Positions 23,448 through 37,528 of a stretch of 64,000 nucleotides of DNA are shown here, one piece after another (the first letter of the stretch is position 1; every line of letters starts with the position of its first letter). A program made the position numbers and the translations under genes. The stretch spans positions 156,550,001 through 156,614,000 of the forward strand of contig NC_073377.1 of NCBI RefSeq assembly GCF_028641065.1, written 5' to 3'. The notes under the pieces are model-generated. The model saw nothing but the letters and a program-made list of their open reading frames with translations. It had not been told where the DNA came from and did not search any database. Origin of the DNA: Leucoraja erinacea (Eukaryota).

Positions 23448-26400
23448 GTGTAGGAGTGGGGCGCCATTGTGTATGGCTGCTCTGCCTGCAGTCCGTCTTT
23501 TCACCATTTTTAGTGTTTAAAAAACATTTTATTTTGGAGGTCTAGTCTTTTTATGTGGGGGGGAGGGGGAAACTGTATTTTCTCAGTCCCTACTTGGTCA
23601 GAGATGCGATTGTTGTGATGTAACATACCAGTATGCAATCATAGAACAATCTTAGTTTACTAGTAATGCTTTTGAGTAGGTCTCGGCATGTTGAGGTTCA
23701 CTCACATAGGCTCCTTCACTGTTTTCTGCTCCACTGGCACTTTCTGCACTCCATCAAAATCACCCCAACCCCAAAAATACTGTATTAACTCCTCACTCCT
23801 ACCCACCAATCTCACTCCTTCCTCCCCAATCATTCACATCCATCGCTGGTCCTGCTCCAATGTCTAACTCCATCTCTGGTTGCTGAGCAGTCTTTCCCTT
23901 GTGCCCAAAGTCCTGGCCTGCATCTTGACTTTCCTGATACTTTCCCATACATTCCACAAAAAGGAAACAACAAAAGAGGCTACCAGATTTTGCTGCAGCA
24001 ACCCCATAATTAAAATGATTGTTGATGCACTATGCAATAACTCATTAGCATGCCTCGTCTTATATCCGTGATTTTCTCAACCACAATCACTTAACTCTAG
24101 ATTTATTTAATTAACAGAATTTATAACTCCAGAGCAGCCAAGGAAAGATTCAAACTCGTGACTCTAAATGATTAGTTCAGGCCCCTGGATATCAGTCTAG
24201 TAAATTAACTGCCTTCTCATAGTAAAATTGATAATTATTCTATCCAGTTGTAATGCCAACTTTCATAACCATTTACAGACTTTAATCATTTTTATAAAAT
24301 AAATGTTGAAGAATGAATAGTTAATAGATTTCTGAATGACAGAACAAAATATATATCCAATAACTACAGAAGGCAGTTTGGTAAATGAAACTTAACATGC
24401 AATAAATTTAAATGCAGTTTTGAAGTAACATTGAAGAGGAACATACATTTTATGAGTGTATATTGCAAAGCATTGCACCTCCTGTGAATAATTTTATGTA
24501 GTTAACATTGTTTGGTGTTAACATGATTATTCTATTATTATTGTATCCAAATCTATTTTTCTTTTTCATTTAATTTTTTTGCTTTGAAGTATGGTGGGTG
24601 AATTTCTCTACTCAGCAGTGCCAAATAGGATATTTTAAATGTGAGACATCTGTTTTTGGAGTAAGGATGGAGTAATATTCATCTTATTTTACATGAAGAA
24701 CTTACAGTTTACAATTAGAAAATATGATTACATTTCAAATCTACACTATAGAGGAAAAAAGAAGGCTACAAAGAGACATGTAGCTTGCATGAGTGGGCAA
24801 AGATCTGATGAATGGGAGACAGTCGGAAAATATAACATTATCCATTTAAGGAAAAACAATGAAAAAAGAAATACATTATTGAAATGGTGCAAGATTGCAA
24901 AAGACTAGAATAGGGATGCAGCAAAATTAATAAAATATTAGCATTCATTGGAAGAGGAACTGAAGAGAACAATACGGTGGTACCAGTTATTTAAAGCTTG
25001 ATGTGATGATATAGTACCTGGAAACAATACATGGTACTGGCCTGAGAGGCATTGAGCGGCCTAAATCTGCTCCTAATTTATACATGTGTCATAAAACATA
25101 TTGAAGATATAGTATATGACACATGCAGCAAAAAATTAACTTTTGGGGAATTCAAATCCCACATCGATGTCATTTATATTCAAAAAATAAGGTTTACTTA
25201 CATTGTAGAATCAATCTTTTACTTCCACCAAAATCTAGAGAGAGATGCAGTTTGCATGCAAGCTTTACCTAACTAACTATACACTGTTAATTTTGGCTCT
25301 GTCATGTCCAATGATATCTGAAATTGGGGGAAAGAATGAGAACTATTTGGCTAAATGAAAGAAAAAAACATAAATGTTCCATTCCCACCTACCAAGTTCC
25401 AAATGTACATTAGGTTTCATGAAGGAGGATAAAGAAAATGACTAAGCTATAACATTGAATATGTTTGGATTCTATAATGGTAGGTTTGATACTGCGATAT
25501 ACAATGCCTGTCTTCTTAAAGATTGTAGCAAGGGGGTCATTTAAAGTAGACAAGAAATAAAGAAAAGACAATATATCTCAATTTCTCCTGCTTCACATTC
25601 TACAACTGCTGCAAAACACTCTAACAGCAGATGACACATCAGACAGGATTCCCTGCAGTTAAAGGCTTGTTTTCTTGCTGTACAGTCAGCATAAGTGAAT
25701 TCAAAATGTGTTTGATTGTTTTCACTGAGATTTTTTTTGTATAAATATCCAAGAATGCCCAGAAGATATGTTGTTGCAAGCTGAAACACAAAGAAGCATA
25801 TTTTTTGCTTTCTTTTCCAGCACATAAATAACCCAAAAACCTTTGGGATAGCTTTATAAGTGCAAAATGTTCTAACTGGAAGGCTGCAAATAAGAGATTT
25901 GTTTTCTATTCCTTTTACTCGGAAGAAATGTCATAATAATATAATTCTTCGTAACTTACTAAGGGGTTTATTTAGGGTGAGGGTCAGCAGGGGAAAACAA
26001 AGATAAACATTGAATGTATTTTTTTAGTTTGACATCTTTGTTGTCAACAATGGCCTGATGTCCTAACTTAAATATTGGTGATTTGGTTTGTTGCGGCAGG
26101 TTGTTTTATTTCAACAGATCATTGCAACTACCCATGTCCTATCTTTCACTTTTATCGAGGCTTCACACAGTTTTCTGCATTTCCTTTGTGCTCGCAGTAT
26201 GCAAGAGATACATTCATGAAGAGAATGACAAAGACCTCAAATGTTGGAAATCTGAAATAAATACAGAAAATGCTGGGAACATTCAGTGACTTGGGCAATA
26301 TCAATGAATTAAGAAACAAAGTTAACATTTAGGGCATCTGACTGAGAAGTCAGAGGGGTCACCCTTTGTGTGTTGCTTATAGCAGGACTGTGGGATATTC

Positions 26401-26667
26401 TCAGCAGGTTGGGCTGTTCTAACAGAGAGAGAGAAAGCTAAGTGAAAATTGCAGGTAAAACTACGAGAAATGGCCCATCTCCCCAGCCTACGTGCACCTG
26501 AAGATTCGTGACTATCATGCCAATGTCTTATTTTGGTTAATTAAAATAATTATATATTATGCTCCAAATGTCCAAGTCTTAATTGACAGCGTGTTGAAGT
26601 AGAAATGACAAATCTAGCAATAATGCCTGGAATTATTTCAGCCTCAAAAAGAAAGCCTCAAAAAGTC

Positions 26668-27030
26668 TGGCAGCATCATCAAAGACCCACACCATCCTGG
26701 CCACACACTCATCTCCCTGCTACCTTCAGGTAGAAGGTATAGGAGCCTGAAGACTGCAACAACCAGGTTCAGGAATAGCTACTTCCCCCCAGCCATCAGA
26801 CTTTAAACCTGGCTCGAACAAAACTCTGATTATTAATAACCCATTTTCTGTTATTTGCACTTTATCAGTTTATTTATTCATGTGTGTATATATTTATATT
26901 ATGGTATATGGACACACTTATCTGTTTTGTAGTAAATGCCTACTATGTTCTGTGTGCTAAGCAAAGCACGAATGTTGTTGTCCTATACAGGGACACATGA
27001 CAATAAACTCACTTGAACTTGAACTTGAAA
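26668..27030 (+). mobile_element. Rex1/Babar LINE 3' fragment
   Basis: SIIKDPHHPGHTLISLLPSGRRYRSLKTATTRFRNSYFP; tail CAATAAACTC(ACTTGA)3. Confidence 0.8.
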
Positions 27031-28799
27031 CTTACCATCTAAATAATACCTACCAGGATCAAGTGCTAATGAACCAGTGATGGCCTCAGATTGAAATCCG
27101 AGGCCATTACCCATTTCTTTACTCCATTAATGCTGACAAAGAAGAGGAAACATTTTGAAATACTCAGCAGGTTTTGGCTGGGAAACAGTCAACATTTCAA
27201 AAGATGCTATGTTGACTTTGTTTCTCTGATATGAACTGACCTGCTTCACTTTCTGGTTTTGTTTTAAATGTCCAGCATTTTTGCAGTTTTTTTGTTGGTT
27301 TTCATCATTGTGTGTAGCCAGCAAGAATTCTTCTGCTGCTCTTCCAAAATTACTTCAGGCTGCTGTTGGCCCTGACTCAACTTGGATAGATATCCCAATG
27401 CCACACCCTCAGTTACAGCTTGCTGACATTTCTGAGGCAGAAGAGCAGTTGGGCATTTCCACTCCCCTCTCCAACCAGTGGCTTCTTAGCTTACCTGTCA
27501 TACGGAAATACAACTGCTCCATCCAAATCATACACGCTCATGGTCTACTCTACACTAATGGAATCAAACAATACTAGGCAGCTACCTAAAGTTAAAATCA
27601 TCTCCATTTCCTCCAATGCTATGTTGACTACTCTCAAGACTCCATGCGTGTAGTGCAAGAACCTAAACCCATTTCCGCATATCCTAAATCCAATCCTAGG
27701 CTAATGTTATACACGTATACATATTCTTGTAAAATTTCCTAATCAGAATGAGCAATGATAAGGCTATTAGCTTGTAGGGTGAAATGTAACTAATCCACAA
27801 TGGTTATGCTGATCATTGAGATTGAATGGGTTTGTAATGTGTAGATGAAACTATGTTAATAGGTTCAGTTAAAATATTATCATTATCTGTAATGTAAAAT
27901 TTGTTGAATTATGCAATATGTTCAGAGCATATATGGACTATCTTAAAATTTGTGATGAAATTTATTATTAAATGCTGATAGTAGGTTAACTAATTATTGT
28001 GGAAGAGAAATTAATTATTTATAGTCTGTAATTATGAATTTCAGTGAGCAAGTTAATTCAATTTGGTATGTAATTTAATCATTAAATATAGAGATCAGTG
28101 TTGTGAATTATAACATTCAGTTAATAATTTAATTATAAAAATGAGTGTGTAACTTAATTATAAAATTGACTCAGATTCAGTGGTGGTAAGTTGGACCTCC
28201 AATTTAAGATGACTAGCAGCAGTATTTAAAATAAACGCACTTGTGAAGTAATATTATTTTTTGTAGAATGAAAAAGAGTAACTCAATTATGAAATGGCAT
28301 TAGTAATTTAGTTATAAAATGGAATAAGTTCATGAATGGTGCGATTGCAATTGAACTATTGCTAGATACAGCTTTAGGTTCTCACTAGCAGTTACCACTT
28401 TGGGTTCTGTAGTCAATGTGAGGATCAGTCCTATTGCTGCCCTGAGTTAAAACATACATATGTAAATATTCTCCCGTTTAAAGGCCCAGTAAAACATGAA
28501 TGTAGCCAGAGAGATGGGAGCCAAACATTTGAAAGGACGTGAATATAGATATTTGTAATCTATCTTTAATCGGAATTTATTGGACATTATCTAAACTAAA
28601 CGTTATTTCCTTTATCTGTACACTGTGGATGGCATGATTATAGTCATATATTGTCTTTCCATTGAATGGTGAGCATGCAACAAAAGCTTTCCACTGTACC
28701 TCAGGACACGTGACAATAAACAAAATCAAACTAGGCTAAACAGATTAGTATTAGTGCAGTGCAATTATTCTTAATGGTTGAATCGAGATTGTGAGTTCC

Positions 28800-30908
28800 A
28801 GTCCTATTTGGGTGACTTAAGGTTATAATCTTTGATAAGGTTCGGACTATCAGAGCTGGTATGCCTTTAGATTCTACTGTCCTCTGCTGCCGACCTAGTA
28901 AGGCACAGGCAAAAATGAGCAGTTTCATAAGCATTTCTACCTCAGAACTTTGTAAAATTGTGGCCGAGAGCAAATACACTACCTGCCATCTCGACGCGGC
29001 TCCTACAAAGTTTTTAAAGAATGTTTTTAACAGTTTATCCAGTTTTGTCCTTACAATTATGAACATCTCCCTTGAGACTGGAATTTTCCCAGATGCTTAT
29101 AAAACCGCTGTCGTAAAGCCTCTGTTAAATAAATCAAATTGAGACAGTGGGCAAATATCAAATTTACCCTTTGTCAGCAAGGTACTGGAGAATGTGGCAT
29201 TCTACCAAATACAACACTTTCTGAATCAAAATTACATTATAGAGAAATTTCAACCTGGTTTCAGAGCAAATTACAGCACTGAGACTGCCCTGATAAAAAT
29301 AGTCAGTGACCTTAGAGTTAGCATTGACGTCTGAGTCTCAGTACTGATCCTCTTAGACCTCACTGCAGCTTTTGACACCACAGTATTCTTATATCTCGCC
29401 TAGAAAACTGGGTCGGCCTGTCAGATCAGGTACTAAGTTGGTTCCAATCATATATAAGTGGAAGGAAGTACTTTATTAGCCTTGGGGACTACGTGTCACA
29501 GCTGCATGATACACCCTTTGGTGCAGCACAAGGTAACTGCCTTGGTCCGCTACTCTTTTCCTTGTATATGCTGCCGCTAGGAGGAGTTATCAGACAGCAT
29601 TAATGTAAAATTTCTAAGTTATGCCGATGACACAGTTATACCTCTCTGTCGAACCCACTGATGCGAATGCCTTTAGTTCTTTGACCTCCTGCCTATTTTC
29701 CATTAAAAAAAATGGGTGAATGTTAACTTTTTTAAACTCAACGATGACAAGACTGAAATGTTATTACTTGGATCAGAACCCAAGAGAGAGATGTTACTTG
29801 GTAAACTGGGAAATTTGACTGCCTATGTCAAACAAGAAGTCATAAGCCTGGGGGTAAAAATTGACAATGATGTTAATTTTAAATCTCCCATAAATAAGGT
29901 AACAACGTGTGCTTTCTATCACCTCAGAAATATTGCTAAAGTATGGCCTTTCTTAACTCAACATGACTGTAAAAAACTGATATATGCTGTCATATCAAAC
30001 AGACTTGATTACTGAAATGCCTTATTTACCCGTCTGCCTTCAAAATCCTCCAACGTCACAGCTCATTCAAAATGCCGCGGCCCAGCTTTTAACAAATACC
30101 AAGAAAAGGGAACATATCACCCCAGAGGGAACATATCACTCCTTTCATTGGCTCCCAGTGAGATCCAGGATAGACCATAAAGTCCTCCTTCTTGTCTATA
30201 AAGCCCGAAATGGCTTAGGAGCATCATATTTTACAGTCCCTCCTTCTCTATGCCCCTACTCGAGCACTCAGGTCTTCTGATGCTGGCTTGTTAGCCTCTC
30301 AATGCCGCAGCAATAAGAACATTAGTGAAGCAGTCTTTTTCAATTATGCACTCAAGCTGTGGAATACCCTACCCAGGGCTATGAGAAACGGCCACTTAGT
30401 TGACATTTTTAAACGGCAGCTAAAAACATATCTTTTCAATCAAGCTTTTAACTGACTTTATTTCTTCTGATGACTGTAAAAATCACCTGTATTCTCTTGT
30501 ATTTATCTCAGCATAGCCTTCAGCAGCTTGTGTGCTCATATAGTATATGGGACTCTGTATTTGACCTCAGTATTTTTGTTTTTGGTCCTTCTGCACTCTC
30601 AATTTTTTATTTTATATTTTTATATAAAACTGTGCTATTAATTGTCCTTACAGTTTTAAATTGTGTAAGAAAAAACTGCAGATGCTGGAAATTCGAAGGT
30701 AGTCAAAAATTCTGGAGAAATGCAGTGGGTGAGGCAGCATCTATGGAGCGAAGGAATAGGTGACCTTTCGGGTCGAGACCCTTCTTCAGACTGATTTTAT
30801 TACTGTTTTAAATTGTATTTTTGTTTAGACCTGTGTTTTTGTGGAAAGTATTCAATTCTATAAAAAGTGCTATACAACTAAAGTTATTATTAATATTATT
30901 ATTATAAC
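28800..30908 (+). mobile_element. L2-clade LINE, 5'-truncated and decayed
   Basis: TTCHLDAAPT...SLETGIFP.AYKTAVVKPLL, LDLTAAFDT, YADD, KLNDDKTE, RLDY, HWLPV; tail AAGTGCTATACAACTAAAG(TTA)n. Confidence 0.85.
30665..30795 (-). mobile_element. PLE 3' end inserted in the L2 3' UTR
   Basis: Minus strand CTGAAGAAGGGTCTCGACCCGAAAGGTCACC; flanked by TTAC(A/T)GTTTTAAATTGT at 30648-30664 and 30800-30816. Confidence 0.8.
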
Positions 30909-31231
30909 ACTTCAGTCTGCAAAATTTGAGGAAAGTTTGCACTATATTACTTTTCAGATAATTAATTAAGCTGACTACAGTGCTGGAAGAAACAGTGATT
31001 TGTATGGAAAATAGAAAGATTAAACGAGAACTTACCGTTTGAAGTTTGATCTTTATTTTATGAGAAGTTGAAGTGAGGGATTATGTGAAGAGCCCGCCAG
31101 CCCGTATGCGCGTCAAACTTTAGAGCGGCTGTATGAAACCACAGCATAGTTGCTGACCTAAGCTATAGGAAGATTAACAACCTAAGAACTGCCGAATGAT
31201 CTTTATGAGAAGTAGGGTTGGGAGTGGAGGG

Positions 31232-31341
31232 CACGTAATCCCTCACTTCAACCTCATAAAATAAAGATCAAACTTCAAATGGTAAATTCTCGTTTAATCT
31301 TTCTATTTTATATCAAAGTCACGTGAGTGACTACGTGAAGA
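31232..31341 (-). repeat. DIRS internal complementary region (ICR)
   Basis: 31232-31305 is an inverted copy of 31012-31087; 31306-31341 is an inverted copy of 38640-38675. Confidence 0.9.
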
Positions 31342-31514
31342 CTTGAAAGCTCTGTAGTTTCATGCAGTGAACCAGTTTACATGCAGACACGCTGCCCTAG
31401 TTGACCAGACATGGCTGAAGAAACATACTTCATTGAAACATGATGTTAACTTTAAACATGTCCATGCTTTAATGGAAAAAAAAAGTCCCTTCACATCAGG
31501 GATAAACAATAGAT

Positions 31515-32420
31515 TTAATTAACAGAACTTAAAATTTTGCTGGCAAATAAAACAGGCCTGGTAATTGGTTTATTATTATCAAAATGTTTGAAAAGTTCGC
31601 TCATGTGCCATCCCGCTGTCGCAAGGATGTGATCCAGTGGAACCTCCATATTTCTCGCTGCCGACGTGGCTGCAGCCCTGCTAGAGTGAGATTTAAATAC
31701 ATCAGTGTCCACTCCTGCGAATGCTAATACGCGTCTTAACCATCTAGAAATGGTCTGCACCGTTGCTCTTCTATGTGGTTTTTTATGACTGACGAAGCTG
31801 CCTCGAAGATCTTTTGTAACCTTTATGTATTCTTTAATATATGTAACAACACATAACCTGCGATCTGGTGGATACGCCAAGAGCTCCAACTTAAATCCTA
31901 GCGCACCTGATCTACTTTGCTTAATTAGCTCATCTATATAAAAGGTTACCTTACTATTGGATATAACTGCCTTATCCAGCTTTAATTTATGTAACGACTG
32001 GCCTCGTTGCGCTGAAACGAGCGCCATGAACATGACTAATTTATAGATGAGCTGGGCCAAAGATAATGATGCAGCTGGTGCCCAACTGCGAAGCAACGTT
32101 AATACTATATTAATATTCCATACTTCCCGAAATCTGGGCCTAGGAGGGTTTTTGTTAAAAAATACCCCTCATAAATTTGGATACCAATGGGTGAGAGCTG
32201 ACAGAATGGTGTCCAGATCCCAGCAGCAAATATGACGACAAAGCACTACGAGCAGTGTTAATAGCGCTATAACTCAATTTTTTGACAAAATATAAGGTTG
32301 AAAGAATTCCAACACATCGGCTAAAAGTCTTCCCATTCCCTAATGTATGAGATTACTGCTTCTTAGTGCCGTCCAGCTAAGCTGCAGTGATTACATCCAC
32401 CGTCCGGTCAGATAATCCGA
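31515..32420 (-). pseudogene. DIRS tyrosine recombinase (frameshifted)
   Basis: SYSAINTARSALSS N-terminal part; ALVSAQRGQSL, TISRWL, HSSRAAATS, AGW. Confidence 0.9.
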
Positions 32421-34420
32421 GCCCCAGGAAAGGTCTTCTCAGATTCTGCAAATACACGTTGATTCTGTCATGTAGCGGATGAAGTTCCTGGGAAACTGGC
32501 TGAATAAGCAAATATTTATGTCTATGAACAACCGTGGGTGGTTCCGTTAATACTCCGAGCAGTAAAGGGAACCATGGTTGTGTAGGCCAGTTAGGCACTA
32601 CTAAAATACCCGATGCGAAGTCTTGCATAATTTTTTGCAAGCATCGTCCAACGAGGCAGAATGGAGGGAAACCGTAGAAGAACATTCCCCCCCAGTCTAT
32701 AGAGAATGCATCTATAGCCTCCGCCCCTGGGTCTGGCTCCCATGCTACATATCTTGGTAACCGGTGATTAAGCCTGGAGGCGAACAAATCAATATCAGGT
32801 GTTCCATAACGAGCAATAATGTTGTTAAATACTTTTTGATTTAACATCCACTCAGTGTGATCATTGAATTTACGAGATCTAGTAACTGCCACCGCATTAA
32901 ATCCACCCGGCAAGTAAGCAGCTGAGATCCAAATTCTCCTGTCTATATACCAATTCCAAATGAGATTAACTAAAGTATCACAGGATACTGATTTGTTTCC
33001 ACCCATGTGATTAATATATGCCACAGCCGTAGTGTTATCGATTTGAAGTCTAACATGCACATCATGTAGCTTCGCACAGTAAGCCTTCAAGGCATAAAAT
33101 GCCGCCAGCATTTCCAGGTAATTGATACCATATTTAAGGCTAAATGGTAACTCGTTCATGTTCCATCTGCCACTGCAACTAGAGATGGTGTTAGTAGCTC
33201 CCCATCCCAGTGCACTTGCATCACTCTGCAGCGTTATTATAGGTTTACTAGACAAAAACCCACTGGAGCAATGTTGAATATTGGTCATCCACCATTGTAA
33301 CCGCTTTAGAATTAGGCAACAACTGCATAGATCTGTCAAAATGACGTTTGTGGAACATAACTGCCTGATCCTTTGCACGCTCCAGATTTCGATAATGCAA
33401 AGGCCCAAACTGAGCGGCTGGAAAGGCAGCCACTATTTTGCCTATTACTCTAGCCACCTGGCGAATAGATGGCTCTTCTGTAATCAGAAGATTATAACAA
33501 GCTTCCATTAAATCTATTTTTTTCCCCGTGGGCAGGGTCACAGACATTTCCACTGAGTTGATAGTAAACCCTAAATAGTCAATAGACCTCGTTGGTACCA
33601 ATCTGGATTTGGCTGGATGGATGATAAACCCCAATTTCTCAAGAATGAGCTTGGCAGCTGAAACAGCTAGTTTTGGCAAATGCAGTGTCTCCTGATGATC
33701 AGAATATCATCTATATAGCCCGTAATAATATGCCCTTTAGCTTTAAGTAAGCCGAGCACTGGTCTAAGCAGTTTGGTAAATAACCGAGGGGCTGAGCTTA
33801 ACCCATTAGGCAACACTTTAAACTGCCACAGCTGCCCCATGCAGCTAAACTTCAGATATCTCCAGTGATCCTTGTTAATCAGAATTGAATAATATGCATC
33901 CTTGAGATCGATCCATGCCATAAAGCAACCCTCGGAAATTAGTTGCTTAGCAGTAAGGAAATTCTCCATTTTAAAATGTCTATACTGCACATATGAGTTG
34001 AATTTTGCCAAATCAAGGATGATACGGCATCCACCATCTTTCTTCTCCCTGGAGAATATATTAGAGATGTATTGATCTTTTTCGTAAATTGATCTCTCAA
34101 TAACTTCTTTTATGTGCAATGCGTGTATTTCCGCTTGCATATCCAAAGTCTCTTGTTTGGAGCAAGTATACGACCGACTCGGCGTATCTTGTGTGGGTGG
34201 AAATGAGTTAGGCAAAAACTCAATTTTGAAACCCTTTATACTGTGCAATATAAACGGATCTGAAGTTACCTGACGCCATTCATGCAAGAACAAACTTAAC
34301 CTACCACCGACTTGAAATTCCTCCGCACACCCCGTGTGACTGATAGAACCGGACCCACCTACCTCAAAGGTTACAGGTGGTTTGACACCAGGCCCAGCGG
34401 ATCTTAATTTTGCTTCTGTT
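32377..34420 (-). pseudogene. DIRS pol: RT, RNase H and methyltransferase-like domain (frameshifted)
   Basis: VGGRL, DLKDAYY, LPNGLSSAPRLFTK, GYIDD, YLGF; SDASALGWG, INYLEM, DNTTAVAYIN; DLFASRLN, FPPF, WPTQPW. Confidence 0.92.
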
Positions 34421-34714
34421 TTTTCCCCCTCGCTCGGAAAAGTTGAGCTGTTGGGACGTGAGGCTGCCACATCTTCCAGGATGTGCAGGATGGGCCTTGG
34501 CCTAAAAAAGACCTGTGACCGGGTAGGACAAATCTGGAATTCCCACTGACCACAGAAAACCATTTCTTGCTGGTAGAGGTGTAGGGGTGATGACACTGGA
34601 GGAGGGGAGTCTTGCTCATAAAAGATGCTTTGATCATGCCAGCAGCTTTTAACACCTCATGTAAGTCCTTGACCTGTTTGCTCAAGTCTTCTCCGAAGAG
34701 GAATTTAGGAAGCT

Positions 34715-37523
34715 AGGAATTTAGGATGAGTGAAACGTGGTTGCAGGAGGGCTGTGATTGGAAACTAAATATTCCAGGATTTTGTTGCTTCAGGTGTGAT
34801 AGAATTGGAGGGGCAAGAGGTGGAGGTGTTGCATTGCTAGTCAGGGAAGATATTACAACAGTGCTTTGGCAGGATAGATTGGAGGGCTCATCTAGGGAGG
34901 CTATTTGGGTGGAATTGAGAAGTGGGAAAGATGTAGCAACACTTATAGGGGTGTATTATAGACCGCCAAACGGGGAATGAGAATTGGAAGAGCAAATATG
35001 TAAGGAGATAGCAGATATTAGTAGTAAGCACAAGGTAGTGATTGTGGGAGATTTCAACTTTCCACACATAGACTGGGAAACACATTCTGTAAATGGGCTG
35101 GATGGTTTGGAGTTTGTAAAATGTGTGCAGGATAGTTTTTTGCAGCAATACATAGAGGTACCTACTAAAGGAGGGGCAGTGCTGGACCTCCTGTTAGGAA
35201 ATGAGACGGGACAGGTGGCGGAGGTATGCGTTGGGGAGCACTTCGGGTCCAGTGATCACTATACCATTAGTTTCAATATAATTATGGAGAGAGTCAGAAC
35301 TGGACCTAGGGTTGAGGTTTTTGATTGGAGAAAGGCTAACTTTGATGAGATGCGAGATGATTTAAAAGGAGTGAACTGGGACATTTTGTTTTATGGGAAA
35401 GATGTAGAAGAGAAATGGAGGACATTTAAATGGGAAATTCTAAGAGTACAGAATCTTTATGTTCCTGTTCGGTTGAAAGGAAACAGTAAAAATTGGAAAG
35501 AGCCCTGGTTTTCAAGGGAAATTGGACATCTTGTTCGGAAAAAGAGGGAGATCTACAATAACTATAGGCAGCATGAAGTAAATGAGGTGCTTGAGGAGTA
35601 TAAGGAATGTAAAAAGAATCTTAAGAAATAAATTAGAAAAGCTAAAAGAAGATATGAGGTTGCTTTGGCAAGTAAGGTGAAAGTAAATCCAAAGGGTTTC
35701 TACAGCTATATTAATAGCAAAAGGATAACGAGGGATAAAATTGGTCCATTGGAGAGACAGAGTGGACAGTTATCTGCAGAGCCAAAAGAGATGGGGGAGA
35801 TATTGAACACATTTTTTTTCTTCGGTATTCAAGGAGAAGGATATTGAATTATGTGAGGTAAGGGAAACTAGTAGAGTAGCTATGGATACTATGAGGTTCA
35901 AAGTAAAAGAAGTACTGACACTTTTGAAAAATATAAAAGTGGATAAGTCTCCAGGTCCTGACAGGATATTCCCTAGGACATTGAGGGAAGTTAGTGTAGA
36001 AATAGTCGGGGCTATGACAGAAATATTTCAAATGTCATTAGAAACGGGAATAGTCCCCGAGGATTGGCGTACTGCGCATGTTGTTCCATTGTTTAAAAAG
36101 GGTTCTAAGAGTAAACCTAGCAATTATAGACCTGTTAGTTTGACTTCAGTGGTGGGCAAATTAATGGAAAAGATACTTAGAGATAATATATATAAGCATC
36201 TAGATAAATAGGGTCTGATTAGGAACAGTCAACATGGATTTGTGCCTGGAAGGTCATGTTTGACTAATCTTCTTGAATTTTTTGAAGAGGTTACTAGGGA
36301 AATTGACGAGGGTAAAGCAGTGGGTGTTGTCTATGTGGACTTTAGTAAGGCCTTTGACAAGGTTCCTCATGGAAGGTTGGTTAAGAAGGTTCAACTGTTG
36401 GTTATAAATGCAGGAATAGCAAGATGGATTCAACAGTGGCTGAATGGGAGAAGCCAGAGGGTAATGGTGGATGGCTGTTTATCAGGTTGGAGGCAGGTGG
36501 CTAGTGGGGTGCCTCGGGGATCTGTGTTGGGTCCTTTGTTGTTTGTCATGTACATCAATGATCTGGATGAAGGTGTGGTAAATTGGATTAGTAAGTATGC
36601 AGATGATACCAAGATAGGGGGTGTTGTGGATAATGAAGAGGATTTCCAAAGTCTACAGAGTGATTTAGGCCATTTGGAAAAATGGGCTGAAAGATGGCAG
36701 ATGGAGTTTAATGCTGATAAATGTGAGGTGCTACACTTTGGCAGGACAAATCAAAATAGGACGTACATGGTAAATGGTAGGGAATTGAAGAATACAGTTG
36801 AACAGAGGGATCTGGGTATAACCGTGCATAGTTCCTTGAAGGTGGAATCTCATATAGATAGGGTGGTAAAGAAAGCTTTTGGTATGCTAGCCTTTATAAA
36901 TTAGAGCATTGAGTATAGAAGCTGGGATGTAATGTTAAAATTGTACAAGGCATTGGTGAGACCAAATCTGGAGTCTGGTGTACAATTTTGGTCGCCCAAT
37001 TATAGGAAGGATGTCAACAAAATAGAGAGAGTACAGAGGAGATTTACTAGAATGTTGCCTGGGTTTCAACAACTAAGTTACAGAGATAGGTTGAATAAGT
37101 TAGGTCTTTATTCTCTGGAGTGCAGAAGGTTAAGGGGGGAACTTGATAGAGGTCTTTAAAATGATGAGAGGGATAGACAGAGTTGATGTGGACAAGCTTT
37201 TCCCTTTGAGAATAGGGAAGATTCAAACAAGAGGACATGACTTCAGAATTAAGGGACAGAAGTTTAGGGGCAATATGAGGGGGAACTTCTTTACTCAGAG
37301 AGTGGTAGCGGTGTGGAATGAGCTTCCAGTGGAAGTGGTGGAGGCAGGTTCATTGGTATCATTTAAAAATAAATTGGATAGGCATATGGATGAGAAGGGA
37401 ATGGAGGGTTATGGTATGAGTGCAGGCAGGTGGGACTAAGGGGGGAAAAAATTTGTTCGGCACGGACTTGTAGGGCCGAGATGGCCTGTTTCCGTGCTGT
37501 AATTGTTATATGGTTATATGGTT
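34715..37523 (+). mobile_element. CR1 LINE, nearly complete ORF2, 5'-truncated, inserted in DIRS gag
   Basis: APE motifs SETWL, YRPP, GDFN, SDH; RT motifs KSPGPD, NYRPVSLTS, DFSKAFD, YADD; (TTATATGG)2 tail; TSD AAGCT at 34710-34714 and 37524-37528; several stops and frameshifts. Confidence 0.95.
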
Positions 37524-37528
37524 AAGCT

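Noticed and set aside
23057-23545. ORFs spanning N runs (also 53414-53978)
   Set aside because: Artefacts of assembly gaps
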